From Chiloscyllium plagiosum (lineage: Eukaryota): a stretch of 62,000 nt of DNA. The stretch covers positions 19,559,994 to 19,621,993 of the forward strand of contig NC_057751.1 in assembly GCF_004010195.1 (NCBI RefSeq), written 5' to 3'. The notes below the pieces were generated by a model. That model ran no database searches, had not been told where the DNA came from, and saw only the letters and a list, made by a program, of their open reading frames with translations. Below, in pieces: positions 49,105-62,000 of the stretch. Every line of letters starts with the position of its first letter. The first letter of the stretch is position 1. Made by a program: the position numbers and the translations under genes.

Positions 49105-50282
49105 TAGAGGTATAGAGATAAACAGATCCTTTGGTCTAACTCGTCCATGCCGACCAGATATCCTAATCCAATCTAGTCCTGTTTGCCAGCAGTTGGTCCA
49201 TATCCCTCTAAAGCCCTTCCTATTCATTTACCCATTCAGATGCCTTTAAATGACGTAATTGTATCAGCCTCTACCACTTCCTCTGGCAACTCATTCCATA
49301 CTTGCACCTCCCTTTGCGTGAAAAGGTCCCATTTATATCATTCCCCTTTCTCACCCTAGACCTATGCCCTCTAGTTCTGCACTCCCCTACCCTAGGGAAA
49401 AGACCTTGCCTATTTACCCTATCCATACCCTCATGACTGTATAAACCTCTATGAGGTCACCCCTCAACCTCCGACGCTCCAGGGAAAACAGCTTATTCAG
49501 CCTCTCCCTATAGCTCAAATCCACCAACCCTGGCAACATCCTTGTAAATCTTTTCTGAACCCTCTCAAGTTTCACAACATCCTTCTGATAGGAGGGAGAC
49601 CAGAATTATATGCAATATTCCAACCTAACCAATGCCCTGTACAGTCGCAACATAATCTCCCAACTCCATTACTCAATGCTCTGACCAATAAAGGAAAGCA
49701 TACCAAATGCCTCCTTCACTATCCTATCTACCTGCGACTCTACTTTAAAGGAACTCTAAACCTGCACTCCAAGGTCTCTTTGTTCAGCAACATTCCCCAG
49801 GACCTTACCATTAAGTGTATCAGTCCTGCTCTGGTTTGCTTTTCCAAAACTCAGCATCTCTCATTTATCTAATTTTAACTCCATCTGTCATTCCTCAGCT
49901 CATTGGCCCATCTGATCAAGATTCCATTGTACTCTGAGGTAACGTTCTTCACTGTCCACTATACCTCTAATTTTGGTGTCATCTGCAAACTTACTAACTA
50001 TATCTCCTATGTTCACATCCCAATCATTTATTATAAAAGATGAAAAGCAGTGGACCTAGCCCCAATCCTTGTGGCACACCACTGATCACAGGCCTCCAGT
50101 CTGAAAAGCAACCCTCCACCACCACCCTCTGTCTTCTACCTTTGAGCCAGTTCTGTATCCAACTGAATAATTCTCCCTGTATTCCATGAGATCTAACCTT
50201 GCTAACCGGTCTCCCATGAGGAACCCTGTCGAACACCCTACTGAAGTCCATATAGATCACATCCACCACTCTGCCCTCATCA
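49105..50282 (-). mobile_element. CR1/HER1 LINE fragment
   Basis: DVIYMDFSRVFDRVPHGR...GVPQGLGLGPLLF in ORF 50024-50287, plus the 3' end. Confidence 0.92.
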
Positions 50283-50453
50283 CTCATATAAACTTAAAAT
50301 ACACATATCTTCAAGTGTTTTGTGTAAAATCTGACTCAGTACAAACTGTAACAGTGTTGTTGTCTTTTATTGGTATTGGAACACCTATAAATAATGGACC
50401 TCTTAGAAATGTTCATCATGCTATCATGGTTCTTCCTTTATTTATTTCCTTAG

Positions 50454-50676
50454 ATCCGAGTGAACAGCTCTGAGAAATTTAAAGTGAAGCAAGTAGATGA
50501 TGAAAAGGAGCTAGAAATTGCAGGGGTGTGGAGTTGGATTATCGAGTCGACAGCATCCATGTTAAAGGAGAAAGTGAATGAAACTTACATTAACGTTGAT
50601 CTTTTCAGCAACAAATCCTGCTTTAAAGTGGAACCGAGCAACACTGAGGCTTGGTATGACGTTCTGTTGACAAGAC
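50454..50676 (+). CDS. NEMP1: NEMP1 coding exon 3
   Basis: Acceptor ttccttag|, donor AGAC|gtgagt. IRVNSSEKFKVKQVDDEKELE...LKEKVNETYINVDLFSNKSCFKVE matches NEMP1 IRVNSS...LKEKLNDTYVNVGLYSTKTCLKVE. Phase 0 to 1. Confidence 0.94.
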
Positions 50677-51562
50677 GTGAGTTTTTTTTAATCAATTTGA
50701 TCTGTCATAATTCCTTGCATTTTGCAATTGTGATTGCAGCAGAAATTCACTTCCTTACTTTATATCTATGCTGCCATCTTCTCTCTAATAGAACGTCTTT
50801 CATAATGTTGATTGTTGCTGTTGAGGACTTTTTTTGTATAAATGTCTTGCCAATTGTTTCTATCCACAGGCAGTTTCCTACAAATTGAATCTAAAGCTTT
50901 GTAAACCAAGCCAACGGTTTAAAAACAGGCCAAATCAAAATACCCTCTTGATTTTGGTGAAATGCTTCCTGGAGAGTGTGAGATATGTCCACCATATCAC
51001 TGATTTTCTGAAAAACAGGGAAATATCACCCTACTGGAGTCCTTCTAACACAGCCTAAATGGTTCCAGAATTATATTTTTACAAGTAAAATAATACAAAG
51101 AAGCAGATTGACAAGCAAATTACAAACAAAGTATATGTATATTCTTGAATATAAAATATTCCTTTTTTATTCTTCTCTGGACAACTGTCTCTCTGAGATT
51201 CAGTCAGTCTGTGGTGTATGTTAGATGCAGAATATTTCATTCTTATATGTTGAATTGTACTGAGGTCGATGCCTACACACTTCAGCCCTCTCCACAACCT
51301 GATCCAAATGATTGTGCTTCACATATGTTTATCTACAGGCTATTTGACTGTGGATTATGGAAACTGCTTCATCTGAACTTGGTGGTCCTGCGTAAATGTT
51401 TTTGGGGGGATAAAACAACAGTCAGTTCTAAATTATTTGAACAATTCAGAAAGAAGTGGGGCTCTTTTTAAAAAAAAATTCTTTCTGGGTGAATTTTAAG
51501 TCTGCATATTTGTTGAACAACTTCACTGTGCATCCTTCTCAACTCCGTCCTATCCTTTCCAG

Positions 51563-51635
51563 GTTTTGATCCACAGCTGATCCTTATCTTCACTTTTGGG
51601 CTGCTGCTGTTCTTCTATTCTGAAACCTTAAGCAG
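51563..51635 (+). CDS. NEMP1: NEMP1 coding exon 4 (not in ORF track)
   Basis: Acceptor cctttccag|, donor AGCAG|gtaaga. (R)FDPQLILIFTFGLLLFFYSETLS(R) matches NEMP1 RFDPKLFLVFLLGLMLFFCGDLLSR. Phase 1 to 2. Confidence 0.93.
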
Positions 51636-54282
51636 GTAAGATAGAGGGAAGGAGTAAAATAATTTTGCACGAGCAAATAAATGTTAGAGACACGGCAAGC
51701 AAACTAGCTATGGTGATGGTTAATGTATTGTTTTTTGTTAAAAATAAGTAGTTGTCTGCTATTCTCATGGGTGTTGATTTTTTAAAAGTTTTGAATATCT
51801 TACTTCAGATATGATAGAAACCTGCTGACACTTTTTTTTATGATAAGAGAAGGGAATGTGTTGGCCTTCTGAAAATATTGTGTAGTATTCTACATGAACA
51901 GTTCATCCTTGTCCCCTTGCGCAAACTCTCACTTAGCCATCTGCTCAAACGTAGTCATCTAGAGGTTTCTATCTACCAAAGCCATTTCGACCACTTCTCA
52001 TTTCCTTTTTAACAGCTACGTTGTCCTGCTTGCTGCAAGTCCTTCTGCAGTTCACTCCACCTCTGCAAAATGTGTCTGTTTCCTCCCCCCCAACCATCCT
52101 TTTGTAATATTCTACAAATTCCAAATTTCTCTAGCCTTCCACCCAGCTCAACCAAGGTACTGCACTTAACCCATTCAATAAATTTCTTGCCTGTCTTGGC
52201 CCTTGAGGTTCTTTTATCCCTACTGTTTCTATGGTATACTTCCTAATTCTATTCTTGAATCGAAAGGCCACAGTGTGGAGAACAATTTGTGCGTCAATGG
52301 CCTTATGTGCAACATTTAAAAGCAGCACAAGAATCTGATGCCTGAAACACTTTAGAAGTACATATCAAAAGTAGGTAGTGCATCTAAAAGCAATGCAAGA
52401 CCCAGGCAGAAGCAGCAACGCAATAAAAAGGCAGTGCCATTAAATGCCGCAAAAGAACCAGGTGACAGCAGCAGTGCAGCAAAGCAAACCAAAACACGGG
52501 CAAAAGGCAATTGAACAGGCCGTGCAGCAAAGTGCATCAGGATGCACAGCGCATTTTAAACGTAATGCAACACACATTCCAGGCAACCACAGATGTGGTT
52601 GGGATGAATGGTGCATTTAAAAACTTTGCAAGAATCAAGCAGCAATGGGATTGCAGTAAGGTGCATCAGAATGGGCAGCACGTTTTCAACATAAAGCTAT
52701 GCACATGCTAAGCAACCACAGTTGTGTTGCAAAGTACATCGGGATAAACAGTGCATTTAAGAACCTTGCAAGAGCTAAGCAGCAATGGCATTGCAGTAAA
52801 GCACATCAGAAAAGACAACACTGTTATACGCAATGCATGAGCCAAACAACAGCACCAAGACAGAGGTGAGGAAAATGTCAAAAAGTGACATCGACAACAA
52901 GCCCAGGAAGGAACAGCAGAACATCTAACTCAGTTAAGTAATTCATTTGTTATACACCTTTTAAGCTTAAAAGGTAAATGAGTACATATAAATGGATCAG
53001 AATAATTAGCCAAATGTGTTAAATTAATATCTCTACATAGATTAAAAAATAAAGTCATTAATTAGATATTAAGATAAACGTTTGCCAAATTAATACTAGG
53101 CCTAAAGTGAGTCTATTGGCTGTAGTTGAGTTCAAGGAACTTTAACATTTTAAGGATATAAAGGATAGTTTTCTGTAGAGTTAGTTGCAGAATACAGTCA
53201 GATCTTAGAATAAAATTCAGGTGTGGTAAGGGGAGAGTGTGTCTCTGAGCCTGCGGGGTAAAGGGAACCAAGGGAAGATAGTGTAAGAAGCCTCACAGAT
53301 GCATTCCTGTCCAACTTTGCATGACATAGAATCAAGGCAGGGAAATGAGGTTAAGCTGGAGATTGGCGATGGTCCGACTTGAACAGATGAGTGAACTTGC
53401 AGGCTCAATAGCCTCTTGCTTTCATACGTTGATTGTTCACCAGTAGATTAATGATGCGGCTTAATTATCTAAAATCTTACTGTCTTTTTCTTCTCATAAC
53501 TGGAGGGTATAGTGAATGACAGCTATCTTCACCCCTATACTCAGTTTTTGCCCTTTTTTGTGTCCAGCACCAAATGTGAGGTATGTGTAGATTTCTTCAT
53601 CTCAAAGATAAAGACTATCTGTTTCCTTACTTGGCTTGATCCCACACCTCTTTCAGATTTTCCCTCATCCCTGACATTTCCCGATTTACTGATTGGTGGT
53701 AGTTCCAAATGTTGCGCTCTCATTGAGAGACCTATTTGGCTGTAACCATTTCTGCATGCCTCACTCGCTAAGGAGCCATTGCATAATCAGATTTGAATTC
53801 TTAATAGAATCTGACCAATTCTCTTTGTCCTATTGCTACGACATGACCGAGGTTCATGTCCAATCCAGTGAGTTTTGATCTGAGTGGGGCTTGCTTTCTT
53901 GCATGAATTTTAGAGCGGACAGAATCTAATGAATTTACCCCTGATGCCTTTCCATGCCATCAAATGAATGGCTCTGGATTTGAGGCCTGGTGTCAGTCAG
54001 CTGATCAAACTCTGAATTGGAATGTTGTGCTGAAGGTTGGGAAGAAAACATAGGAAAAGTTGACACAATAGTAAGGAGCAATTTTTTTTTCTTTCAAAAA
54101 AAAAGAGGCCAGATAGTTTTGAATTTTGGTTGCAGCAATAAGAGTTTTGTTGGAAGTCTGTTTATAATTTTTGGCTTTTTGTGTTTATAGAAGATACCAG
54201 CTGGTGCTAGGGGAGATATGCTGTCATGTTGGTGTTGCTATTTTACATATAGATCAAACATATTTGACATTCTTCCTTTCAG

Positions 54283-54376
54283 GAGTCAGCTTTTCTTCTA
54301 CACAACAGGAATGGGCTTTGGAGTTTTGGCTTCACTCCTCATTCTCGTCTTTGTCCTCGCTCGTTTACTCCCCAAG
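54283..54376 (+). CDS. NEMP1: NEMP1 coding exon 5 (not in ORF track in this frame)
   Basis: Acceptor cctttcag|, donor AAG|gtaggt. [31 protein letters not shown] matches NEMP1 [31 protein letters not shown]. Phase 2 to 0. Confidence 0.94.
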
Positions 54377-54957
54377 GTAGGTTGATGAGCACCTTTCCCT
54401 AGTGTGAAAAGTTTACTCATTTCTGTTTCTGTAACCTGTTTTGTGAGCATGACTTGGTACAGTAATTGAGTTTTTTTGTAATAATGATGAATATCTGAAC
54501 ATCTTCACATTTTTTGTAGCCGTTGTCACATTGGTGTTTCCAAACATAATGCATGCTTGGTACAAGGTGAAACCCGTGTGAAATGTTCCAATCTCCAAAG
54601 AGGAGTCATTTCTGTACCACTGTGAATTTTGTCTTCAAAATACTTTTAGTGAACTTATAATATGCTGAATTAAGAGGAGTTATCTGCTATGTGTATTGCC
54701 GGAAGCTGGGTAGAGACATTCCGAGTTACTGTTTTATCAGAGATACTGGTGTATTTGAATGGGATGGTTTGTTGGTTAAGTGATTATTGTGAAGATTACT
54801 TTGGGGAAGAACAAAATTGACTGTTCAGAAAGTTGGAGTTTTCCTTTAGTATCTGAATGTTGCTTTGACTGTTCCACGATCCAGGATGAATGTTCCCCAT
54901 GTAGTTAAACACCAAAGAAAATTGTTAACTTTTCAAATTTTTTTCTCCCTTTTGTAG

Positions 54958-55072
54958 AAAAGTTCTCTCTACTTGCTGATGGCAGGCGGTTGGTCCGTGT
55001 CTCTGTATCTGATCCAAGTGACACTGAGGAATTTACGTTTTCTGCTAAGAGAGTGTTGGCAGTATGTTTTAG
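54958..55072 (+). CDS. NEMP1: NEMP1 coding exon 6 (not in ORF track)
   Basis: Acceptor cccttttgtag|, donor TTAG|gtaaga. KSSLYLLMAGGWSVSLYLIQVTLRNLRFLLRECWQYVL matches NEMP1 [38 protein letters not shown]. Phase 0 to 1. Confidence 0.94.
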
Positions 55073-56269
55073 GTAAGACGGTTTACTGTTTTTAATGTAG
55101 TAGATATAGAATTTATTATAAAATGAATTCCAGTAGTTTGATTCCTGCAACATCTCCATTTTCTTGGTGCAGAAGGAGGCCATTTAGCCCATCATGTCTG
55201 CACCAGTTCTCTGAGCGTTGTGACTTGGTAATATTCCCCTGTTTTTTTTCTCATAACTCTTCACATTGTTTGTGAGAAACCAATGCTCTTTTGAATGCCT
55301 CTATTGAATCTGCCTCCACCATGCTTCCAGACAGTGCATTCCAGATCCTAACTACTTGTGTGAAAAAGGTTTTTCCTGTGTTACATTGGCTTCTGCTCTG
55401 TTTAGTCCCCTCATGATTTTGAAAACTTCTTTCAAATCTCCAGTTAGCCTTCTTTTCTTCAAAGAAAATAGACCCAACTTCTCCAATCTATCTTCATAAT
55501 TGAAGTTTCTCATCCCTGGAACCTTGCTTGTAAACCTTCTCCACTCTCCAATTCATTCATGTTTTTCCTGAAGTATGGTATCCAGAACTGTACATGATAC
55601 TCCCACTGAAGTTGAACTAATGTCTTATACAAGTTTAACATGACCTCCATTCTCTATGCTCCTATTAGTAAAGTGATAGCTTTTACTCTCATTTCAATAG
55701 GATTTTGCAGCTAGTGACTTTACCTTCAGACCATTACTTCAATTGTATAATTATATTGGTGTTGAGGTTAATAGCCAAGGATGAATACACTGTCTTGAGA
55801 TACTGAAACTACATTCTCTTACCATTGGATATAAAACCGTACCTCCCGTGATACTGGATAAACAAAACTGAGGCTAAGTCCTATCTTCGGAACTTTTATC
55901 TCCCAAGTGTTTTCTCCTTTCCATTAAAAAAAACGTGAATGAGGCAAACATCTTCCATGAGGTTCTGAGCTATATTTCCAGAGGAGAACTCAGTTTAATT
56001 GATTTGTGTTCTGTGTGAGGGACCAGATCAGAAACTCTCAAGCTCTAGTATTTTTTAACAACTGCCTTTGTGGGAAAAGAGCCAAAACTCACTCAGCTCT
56101 TGGGAGTATGTGCAAGTTGTTTCTGCTTCCATTGTGTGGGATAGTTGATGGGAGACGACAAATGTCACATGGTGCCATTTGTCAATAGAATAACCATGGT
56201 ATTGTACACAGCAGAAGAGGAATAACTGGCCAAATTGTGTGCTTGTTTAACTTTATCCAACACCCTTTC

Positions 56270-56820
56270 CTGAAGAAGGGCTTATGTCCGAAACGTCGAT
56301 TCTCCTGCTCCTTGGATGCTGCCTGACCTGCTGCGCTTTTCCAGCAACACATTTTCAGCTAGCAAGGATGTTGCCAGGGTTGGAGGATTGGAGCTACAGG
56401 GAAAGGCTGAATAGGCTGGGGCTGTTTTCCCTGGAGTTTTGGAGGCTGAGGGGTGACCTTATAAAATCATGAGGGGCATGGCTAGGATAAATAGACAAGG
56501 TCTTTTCCTGGGATGGGGGACTCCAGAACTAGAGGGCACAGGTTTAGGGCGAGGGGGGAAAGATATAAAACCGACCTAAGGGGCAACTTTTTCACGCAGA
56601 AGGTGGTGTGTGTATGGAATGAGCTGCCAGAGGAAGTGGTGGAGGCTGGTACAATTACAGCATTTAAAAGGCGTTTGGATGGGTATATGAATAGGAAGGG
56701 TTTAGAGGGATATGGGCCTAGTGCTGGCAAATGAGACTAGATTGGGTTGGGATATCTGGTTGGCATGGATGGGTTGGACCAAAGGGTCTGTTTCAGTGCT
56801 GTACATCTCTGTTACTCTGT
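56270..56820 (+). mobile_element. Penelope pLTR fragment (56270-56360) fused directly to a CR1 3' fragment
   Basis: ctgaagaagggcttatgtccgaaacg...cacattttcagc followed by caaggatgttgccaggg...GYGPSAGK*. Confidence 0.85.
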
Positions 56821-58628
56821 TCCTCTAAGTGCTCTCTTTCTCAAAGCACAGTCTTCCTGTTTGATAATATTTACAAATTGGAAGTGTTGTTGTCTTTTAT
56901 GGATTTATATTACTGAGTCATTAGTGTGTTTTTTTTTGCCTAGGGAACTGGTGTGTATCACATGGGAGGACAGTAGTGTAAAAAGCAAGAAAGTGCAGAT
57001 TTTGATACTTGGAAAAATATTTCTGTTGTCTCCTCAGTGACACATGACATTCAAGCTAGCTAGGTGACCAACTTCAATATCTACCAATGCTTTTGTCAGC
57101 AGCAAACAGGATGTGAATTGAGAAGGAACCTGGTATTCACTCTTATTGTTTTCCCTCCTTTGTAATTGTTACAGTCCTTGAAGAGACCAATTAACTTTTT
57201 AAGGAATGAATTCTCCAATGTCCAACAGAAATAACTGAAGGACAATTTTGTGCTTTAAGACTTTAATTGTAACAAACAAGCTAAAGTCAAGATAGACAAA
57301 ATATTGCATAACCGGCAACTAATACACTAAGCTCAAGAAAAGATACCACTCGTTAACTAATGAACAGTTAAATATATGCTTGCCTAATGGTGACTTTGTA
57401 ACTATCATCAATTGTTGTAAGAACCTATCTGCTTCACTAATGTACTTCAGGGAAGGAAATCACTCATCCTTACCTGGTCTAGCCTACATGTGACTCCAGA
57501 CCCACAGCATAGTGTTTGACACTTAATGGGCCTCTGAAATGGCCCTAGCAAGCCAGTCAGTTCATGTGCCGATTAGAGATAGGCAACAAATGCTGTCCAG
57601 CCAGTGGCGTCAACATTCCATGAACAAAGGAAATACTTTTGATACATTTTTACTTTAACGTCACCCTTCCAGTAAATATGTAGCCTTAAGGATTAAGTTC
57701 CAAGCTTTTCAGCAGGCCCCCTTCTCTCTGGCAATGCTAAATTGAGTCTTCCAGTGTTCCTGGAAAATTATTCCATGTTGTCTTTGGAGTATCCTTGAGC
57801 CAACTTTTTAAAAAAAATCTTTTGTGGGTGTCACTAGCTAGGCCAGTATTTATTGCCTGTCCCTAATTGCGGCTTGTACTGACTGGGCTGTTGGGCCATT
57901 TCAGAGGGCAGCAGCACATTGCTATGGGTCTGGAGTCACATTTAGGCCAGACCAGTTAAGGATGGCAGACGTTCTTCCCTAAAGGGCATTAGTGAACCCG
58001 GTGGGTCTTTATGACAATCAACAGTAGGGTTACGTGTTTGCCATTAGGCTCGCATTTTATTCCAGATTTTTATTGAATTCGTATTGCGTCATCATGGTGG
58101 GATTTGAGCCAGTGCCCCGAACGTTAGCCTGGGATTATGGATTATTAGTCCAATGCTATTACCATTATGCAACCACTTTCCTCCAGTAGCAAGGCCCACT
58201 TCAGTGACTCCTTATTTCTTAATTCTCTTCCAGCAGAAAACCAATTCTGACGAGCATCCTGCTTGGTTGCTAATTAAAAAAAAACACAGGTTTTACCACT
58301 GTCCTCCTCCCCCACACCCACACAAAAAAAAACTTGCTCTATCTAGGGCGAGGGGGAGGAGGAGAGAAAACAACAGTTGGCCCTGGTAAAGTACCATGTT
58401 TGTACCAGTAAAAAGATACTTTAACACTCTCTTCTGCCTTCATTATTCTGCCAGCCCCGCTCACTTTACCAAATAGTAGTGTTGAGTGTACCTGCCTCCT
58501 GTTAGCCCTTGGTTAATAGCACACTGCAAATGAGAAATTACCTAGACTGTGACATACAGATTATGAAGCTAAAACATATATTATGTAATTTTATGAAGGT
58601 TTTTCTTCCTGTACTATTGCTGTTTCAG

Positions 58629-58854
58629 GTTATGTGACAATATCTGCCTTTGTCAGTTTTGCTGTCTGTTACAAGTATGGTCCACTGGAGGAGGACAGAA
58701 GTATCAATCTTCTAAACTGGGCCCTACAACTCATTGGACTGTTACTAATATACTTTGGTATCCAAGTACAACAAGTTGCTCTGGCACTCATCATTGTAGC
58801 TTTCTGCATCAAGAACCTAGAGCGTCCACTTAGGTGGATGTACACGGCATACAA
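58629..58854 (+). CDS. NEMP1: NEMP1 coding exon 7
   Basis: Acceptor tgtttcag|, donor TACAA|gtaagt. Contains SFAVCYKYGPLEEDRSINLLNWALQLIGL, the conserved NEMP/TMEM194 motif. Phase 1 to 2. Confidence 0.96.
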
Positions 58855-60060
58855 GTAAGTGTTTTGTGTAGAAACTCTTCCCTGAAATTTAAATAACTTA
58901 ATGTTCAATTGTGGGCAAATGGACAAAACCAGATTTGTTGTCCTTTTGTTTGGAACAAGTGAATCACATTGTCTGCTTTGTAGCAGAGTAATGCCAGAGA
59001 AAACTAAAACTAATTATTAAAGAGAATATCTTGACACTGGTTTTGGAAAAGGATTCATGACGCCAATGCTAGATGTACAGCAATAACATGGAGAACAGAA
59101 TTTGAATCCAAGTCTTGATTTGTTTGAGATAATAATATGTTTATGCAGTGCCTTTTAATATATAAAAACATCCTAAGGCACTTCAGAGATGTAATCACAA
59201 AATGATTTGTCAAGCCCATGAAGAAAACCAGGTGACTAAAAGCTTGGTTGATGTGGTAGGTTTTAAGATAATTCTTAGAGGAGATTGGGAAGGGGTATTT
59301 TGAGGACACCAGTTTGTGTCTTTATACCAGTATCAAGTAACTTCCAGAAATTGTTCTGTGCTGCTTTCACTACATATCTGAGTGACTGTAATTGGAACTG
59401 TTGTTTTTTTTCAGAAAAGTAAAAATGATAAAACGAAGGCATTAAGTTCCACCCCCAAGGAATTCAGAGGTTCAAGAAGGCAGCTCACCACCATCTTTTC
59501 CAGAGCAGAAAGGAATGGATGTTGAATTTTGAGCTAACCAGCAATCCCAAGAATGAACTCATAAATTGAGTTGTTTAACGAGAGTGCACGTTTCCAATAG
59601 GCATTAATGCATTGCTATGCAATGATGCCTTGCTTACATTGCTGACCCTGTTAGTATTGTACCAATAGGCACATCACTGCAATGTCATGAAAGAAGGATA
59701 ATTTAGAGACAGCACCTGGGGCAGGTCGTAAATAGGTAAAGGCCTGGAAATCATTTAATCATTTGTCCTTAAGATTGTTTAATGGCTCCTAAAATGCATA
59801 GAGAACTTGGCAAAATAATTTAGTTTCCCGTAAGGATTCTGGTCATTTGATGGACTGGTCCTTCTGATTTGTCTAAATTCAAATAATTTTTAAGTGTATA
59901 ATAAACATATACTCTTAAAATCAGGTGATTTCGGGTACATACTGAAGAGGAGAAAGTGTTGACTGTTGCAAGGTAAACCCTGGAATTGGAGAAAAAGGGA
60001 AATAAAAAAGCACTCCTTAATAATTGGTGACGTTTCAAAATTTTTAAACTCTAATTTTAG

Positions 60061-60234
60061 ACAAGTGTTCAAGATAAGAGGCAAGCCAAAACCCCGAAAG
60101 CTTCTAACTGAGGAGGAATATCAGAGGCAAGGAGAAGTAGAAACACACAAAGCCCTGATGGAGCTGCAACACTACTGCAGTAGCCCTGAGTTCAATGCAT
60201 GGAAAATGGTGTCCAGACTTACAACACCAAAGAG
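60061..60234 (+). CDS. NEMP1: NEMP1 coding exon 8 (final exon lies beyond the window)
   Basis: Acceptor aattttag|, donor AAGAG|gtaatg. [46 protein letters not shown] matches NEMP1 [46 protein letters not shown]. Confidence 0.96.
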
Positions 60235-61089
60235 GTAATGCTTATCTTTTAAAATGTATTTAAATACTCTTTCTCTATTCCCTAAAAAACATGGGCAAAA
60301 AGCCTGTTTCAGGCCCTCGAGCTGGTAGTTGGTTGATGTGCAAGACCTTGGATAACTCTTTTTTTCTCATTTCACCTTTTGGTTAAAGAAGCATCCAAGC
60401 CTTAGGTAATTATCTGCCCTTGATCATACAACTGAGATCAGGTGTCATGACTCACTTGGGGTAGGGTCCTTGAAACTGAGCCCTGCTATTCCTGGGGTCA
60501 TCACAAATGTTCAAAATTTTAAAGTACTCAAAACTCCCCAATTTACCTGATTTTCAGACCCAGCTTGATAGAAAGCATGGAGCAGGTTTCTGTACTTAAT
60601 GAACATTATTATTTATTACAACTAATTAGATTATAGCAACAGGTAAACCATTCTGAACCATTGACACATAACAAATAATTGACATACAATTAAAATTCTA
60701 ATCTCCATATAAACTCCCTTTTACACAGACATACAGATGTACAAACATGGAAAGAACACCTGGAAGGAAGGAAACAAAAACTGGATAAACAGTTCAGTAG
60801 ACTTCTGACTTTCCTTTTCCAAATACTTCCACTGATTTACAAGAGGCATAGGGCAGTTGGTTCACTTTTAAAATGTTTGATTTATCAATTAGAAGTTTCA
60901 CCTTACAGCAATTGCTGAAGGAAAGATTAACTGGATTTTTTCAGGTTTGAAGTGAGTTTGACTGCAGTCAAGTGTGTCAGCTCCTGAGCTATAACTTGTT
61001 CAATTACCTGAGACGCAATCACACGGTAGAGAGTAGTCTTTGATGATGTTAAGTATCGTAAAGGTCCCCATCGGCAGCTCCCTTTGTCT

Positions 61090-61261
61090 AGATCAACGTG
61101 GTGCTGGAAAAGCACAGCAGGTCAGGCAGCATCTGAGGAGCAGGAAAATCGACGTTTCAGGCAAAAGTCCTTCATCAGGGACTGCCTGACCTGCTGTGCT
61201 TTTCCAGCACCACTTTGATCTAAACTCTGGTTTCCAGCATCTGCAGTCCTCACTTTTGCCT
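61090..61261. mobile_element. Hairpin Penelope-derived element with 14-bp TSD
   Basis: Inverted arms gtggtgctggaaaagcacagcaggtcaggcag / ctgcctgacctgctgtgcttttccagcaccac. TSD agctccctttgtct at 61076-61089 and 61262-61275. Confidence 0.8.
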
Positions 61262-62000
61262 AGCTCCCTTTGTCTGCCTGTCCTTCTCTCCCTTTGGGCT
61301 CTCTCTCCATCTATCACTTACTCCTTTCACCCACCCTGGCTGTCTTCGGTATACACCAGCTTTTTGCTAGCTACTTTCTGAAGAAGGGGCACCAACCTGA
61401 AATGTTAACTGTGCTATCTGTCCAAAGATGCAGCCGGACCTGCCGAGTTTCTCCAGCAATTTCTGTTTTTGTTGTATTTCCAGCATCCACCTTCTTTATT
61501 TTATTTCAGCTATTTATGATGCTTGACAAGAGTGCTGGCTTACTTGCTTTCAAATCATGCAGGCATCCTTTCAAAACGCCAGCTTTAAAATGGTTCTTCC
61601 TCATTTCGCAATTTACAAAACACAATAAAAAGACATAATCCTTGCATTAGTATTTTGGTATGTGCAGAAATTGCAGATTGTAAATGTGCCGTTTTCTTTG
61701 TGGGTTGATGCACGCAAGTTGAGTGTCAGCACTGTATCCAACTCCAAATTAAAACCCAGAAAAGCTTAAAAGATTAAATAATGAAGGGTGATCTGACCCA
61801 TCAAGCCTGCTGCTTTCACAGACTGAATTTGCAAAATAATTTTTCCTAGCTTTAACCACATCCATCAAGATGGTAAGATGTCAGAGAACTTGATTCTTTT
61901 TTGTAAGAAAAATTCTAATTATTGGTCAAGACTCTGGCTTGACTTCTGCAACGTTCACTTGGTGCCATGTTGGAGAGATGCATTGTCTTTACACCTACTT

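Noticed and set aside
50677..50888. Hydrophobic extension of ORF 50460-50888
   Set aside because: Intron read-through after the exon 3 donor at 50677.
61030..61075. Box C-like TGATGA as an intronic snoRNA
   Set aside because: No suitably placed box D or terminal stem, and the region is interrupted by a Penelope insertion.

Overview
Eukaryotic, repeat-rich vertebrate DNA, most likely from a shark or other elasmobranch (inferred from HE1-like V-SINEs, HER1/CR1 LINEs, a Deu-domain SINE and Penelope families). Two divergently oriented genes are present. NAB2 lies on the minus strand: large coding exon 1179-1974, probable leader exon and CpG promoter about 4582-5020, remainder beyond the left edge. 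NEMP1/TMEM194A lies on the plus strand: exons 1-8 reconstructed with GT-AG sites and consistent phases, 21388-60234, last exon beyond the right edge. Most remaining sequence is nested retroelements. The standout is a 3.7-kb non-autonomous LTR/ERV-like element in NEMP1 intron 1 (29784-33470, minus strand). It has two ~221-bp LTRs, a tRNA-Leu primer-binding site, a polypurine tract and a CCCC target duplication. It carries an intronless, internally deleted copy of the cellular RBPMS2 mRNA in sense orientation, just upstream of an env-like transmembrane remnant, which suggests retroviral-style capture of a host gene. Also notable: Penelope-derived hairpin elements with hammerhead-ribozyme-like cores, unusually long (54-66 bp) flanking duplications, a near-perfect 187-bp inverted duplication just before NEMP1 exon 2, and a degenerate NAB2 NCD2 domain. 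All homology calls come from recall of known protein and repeat families, not from database searches.
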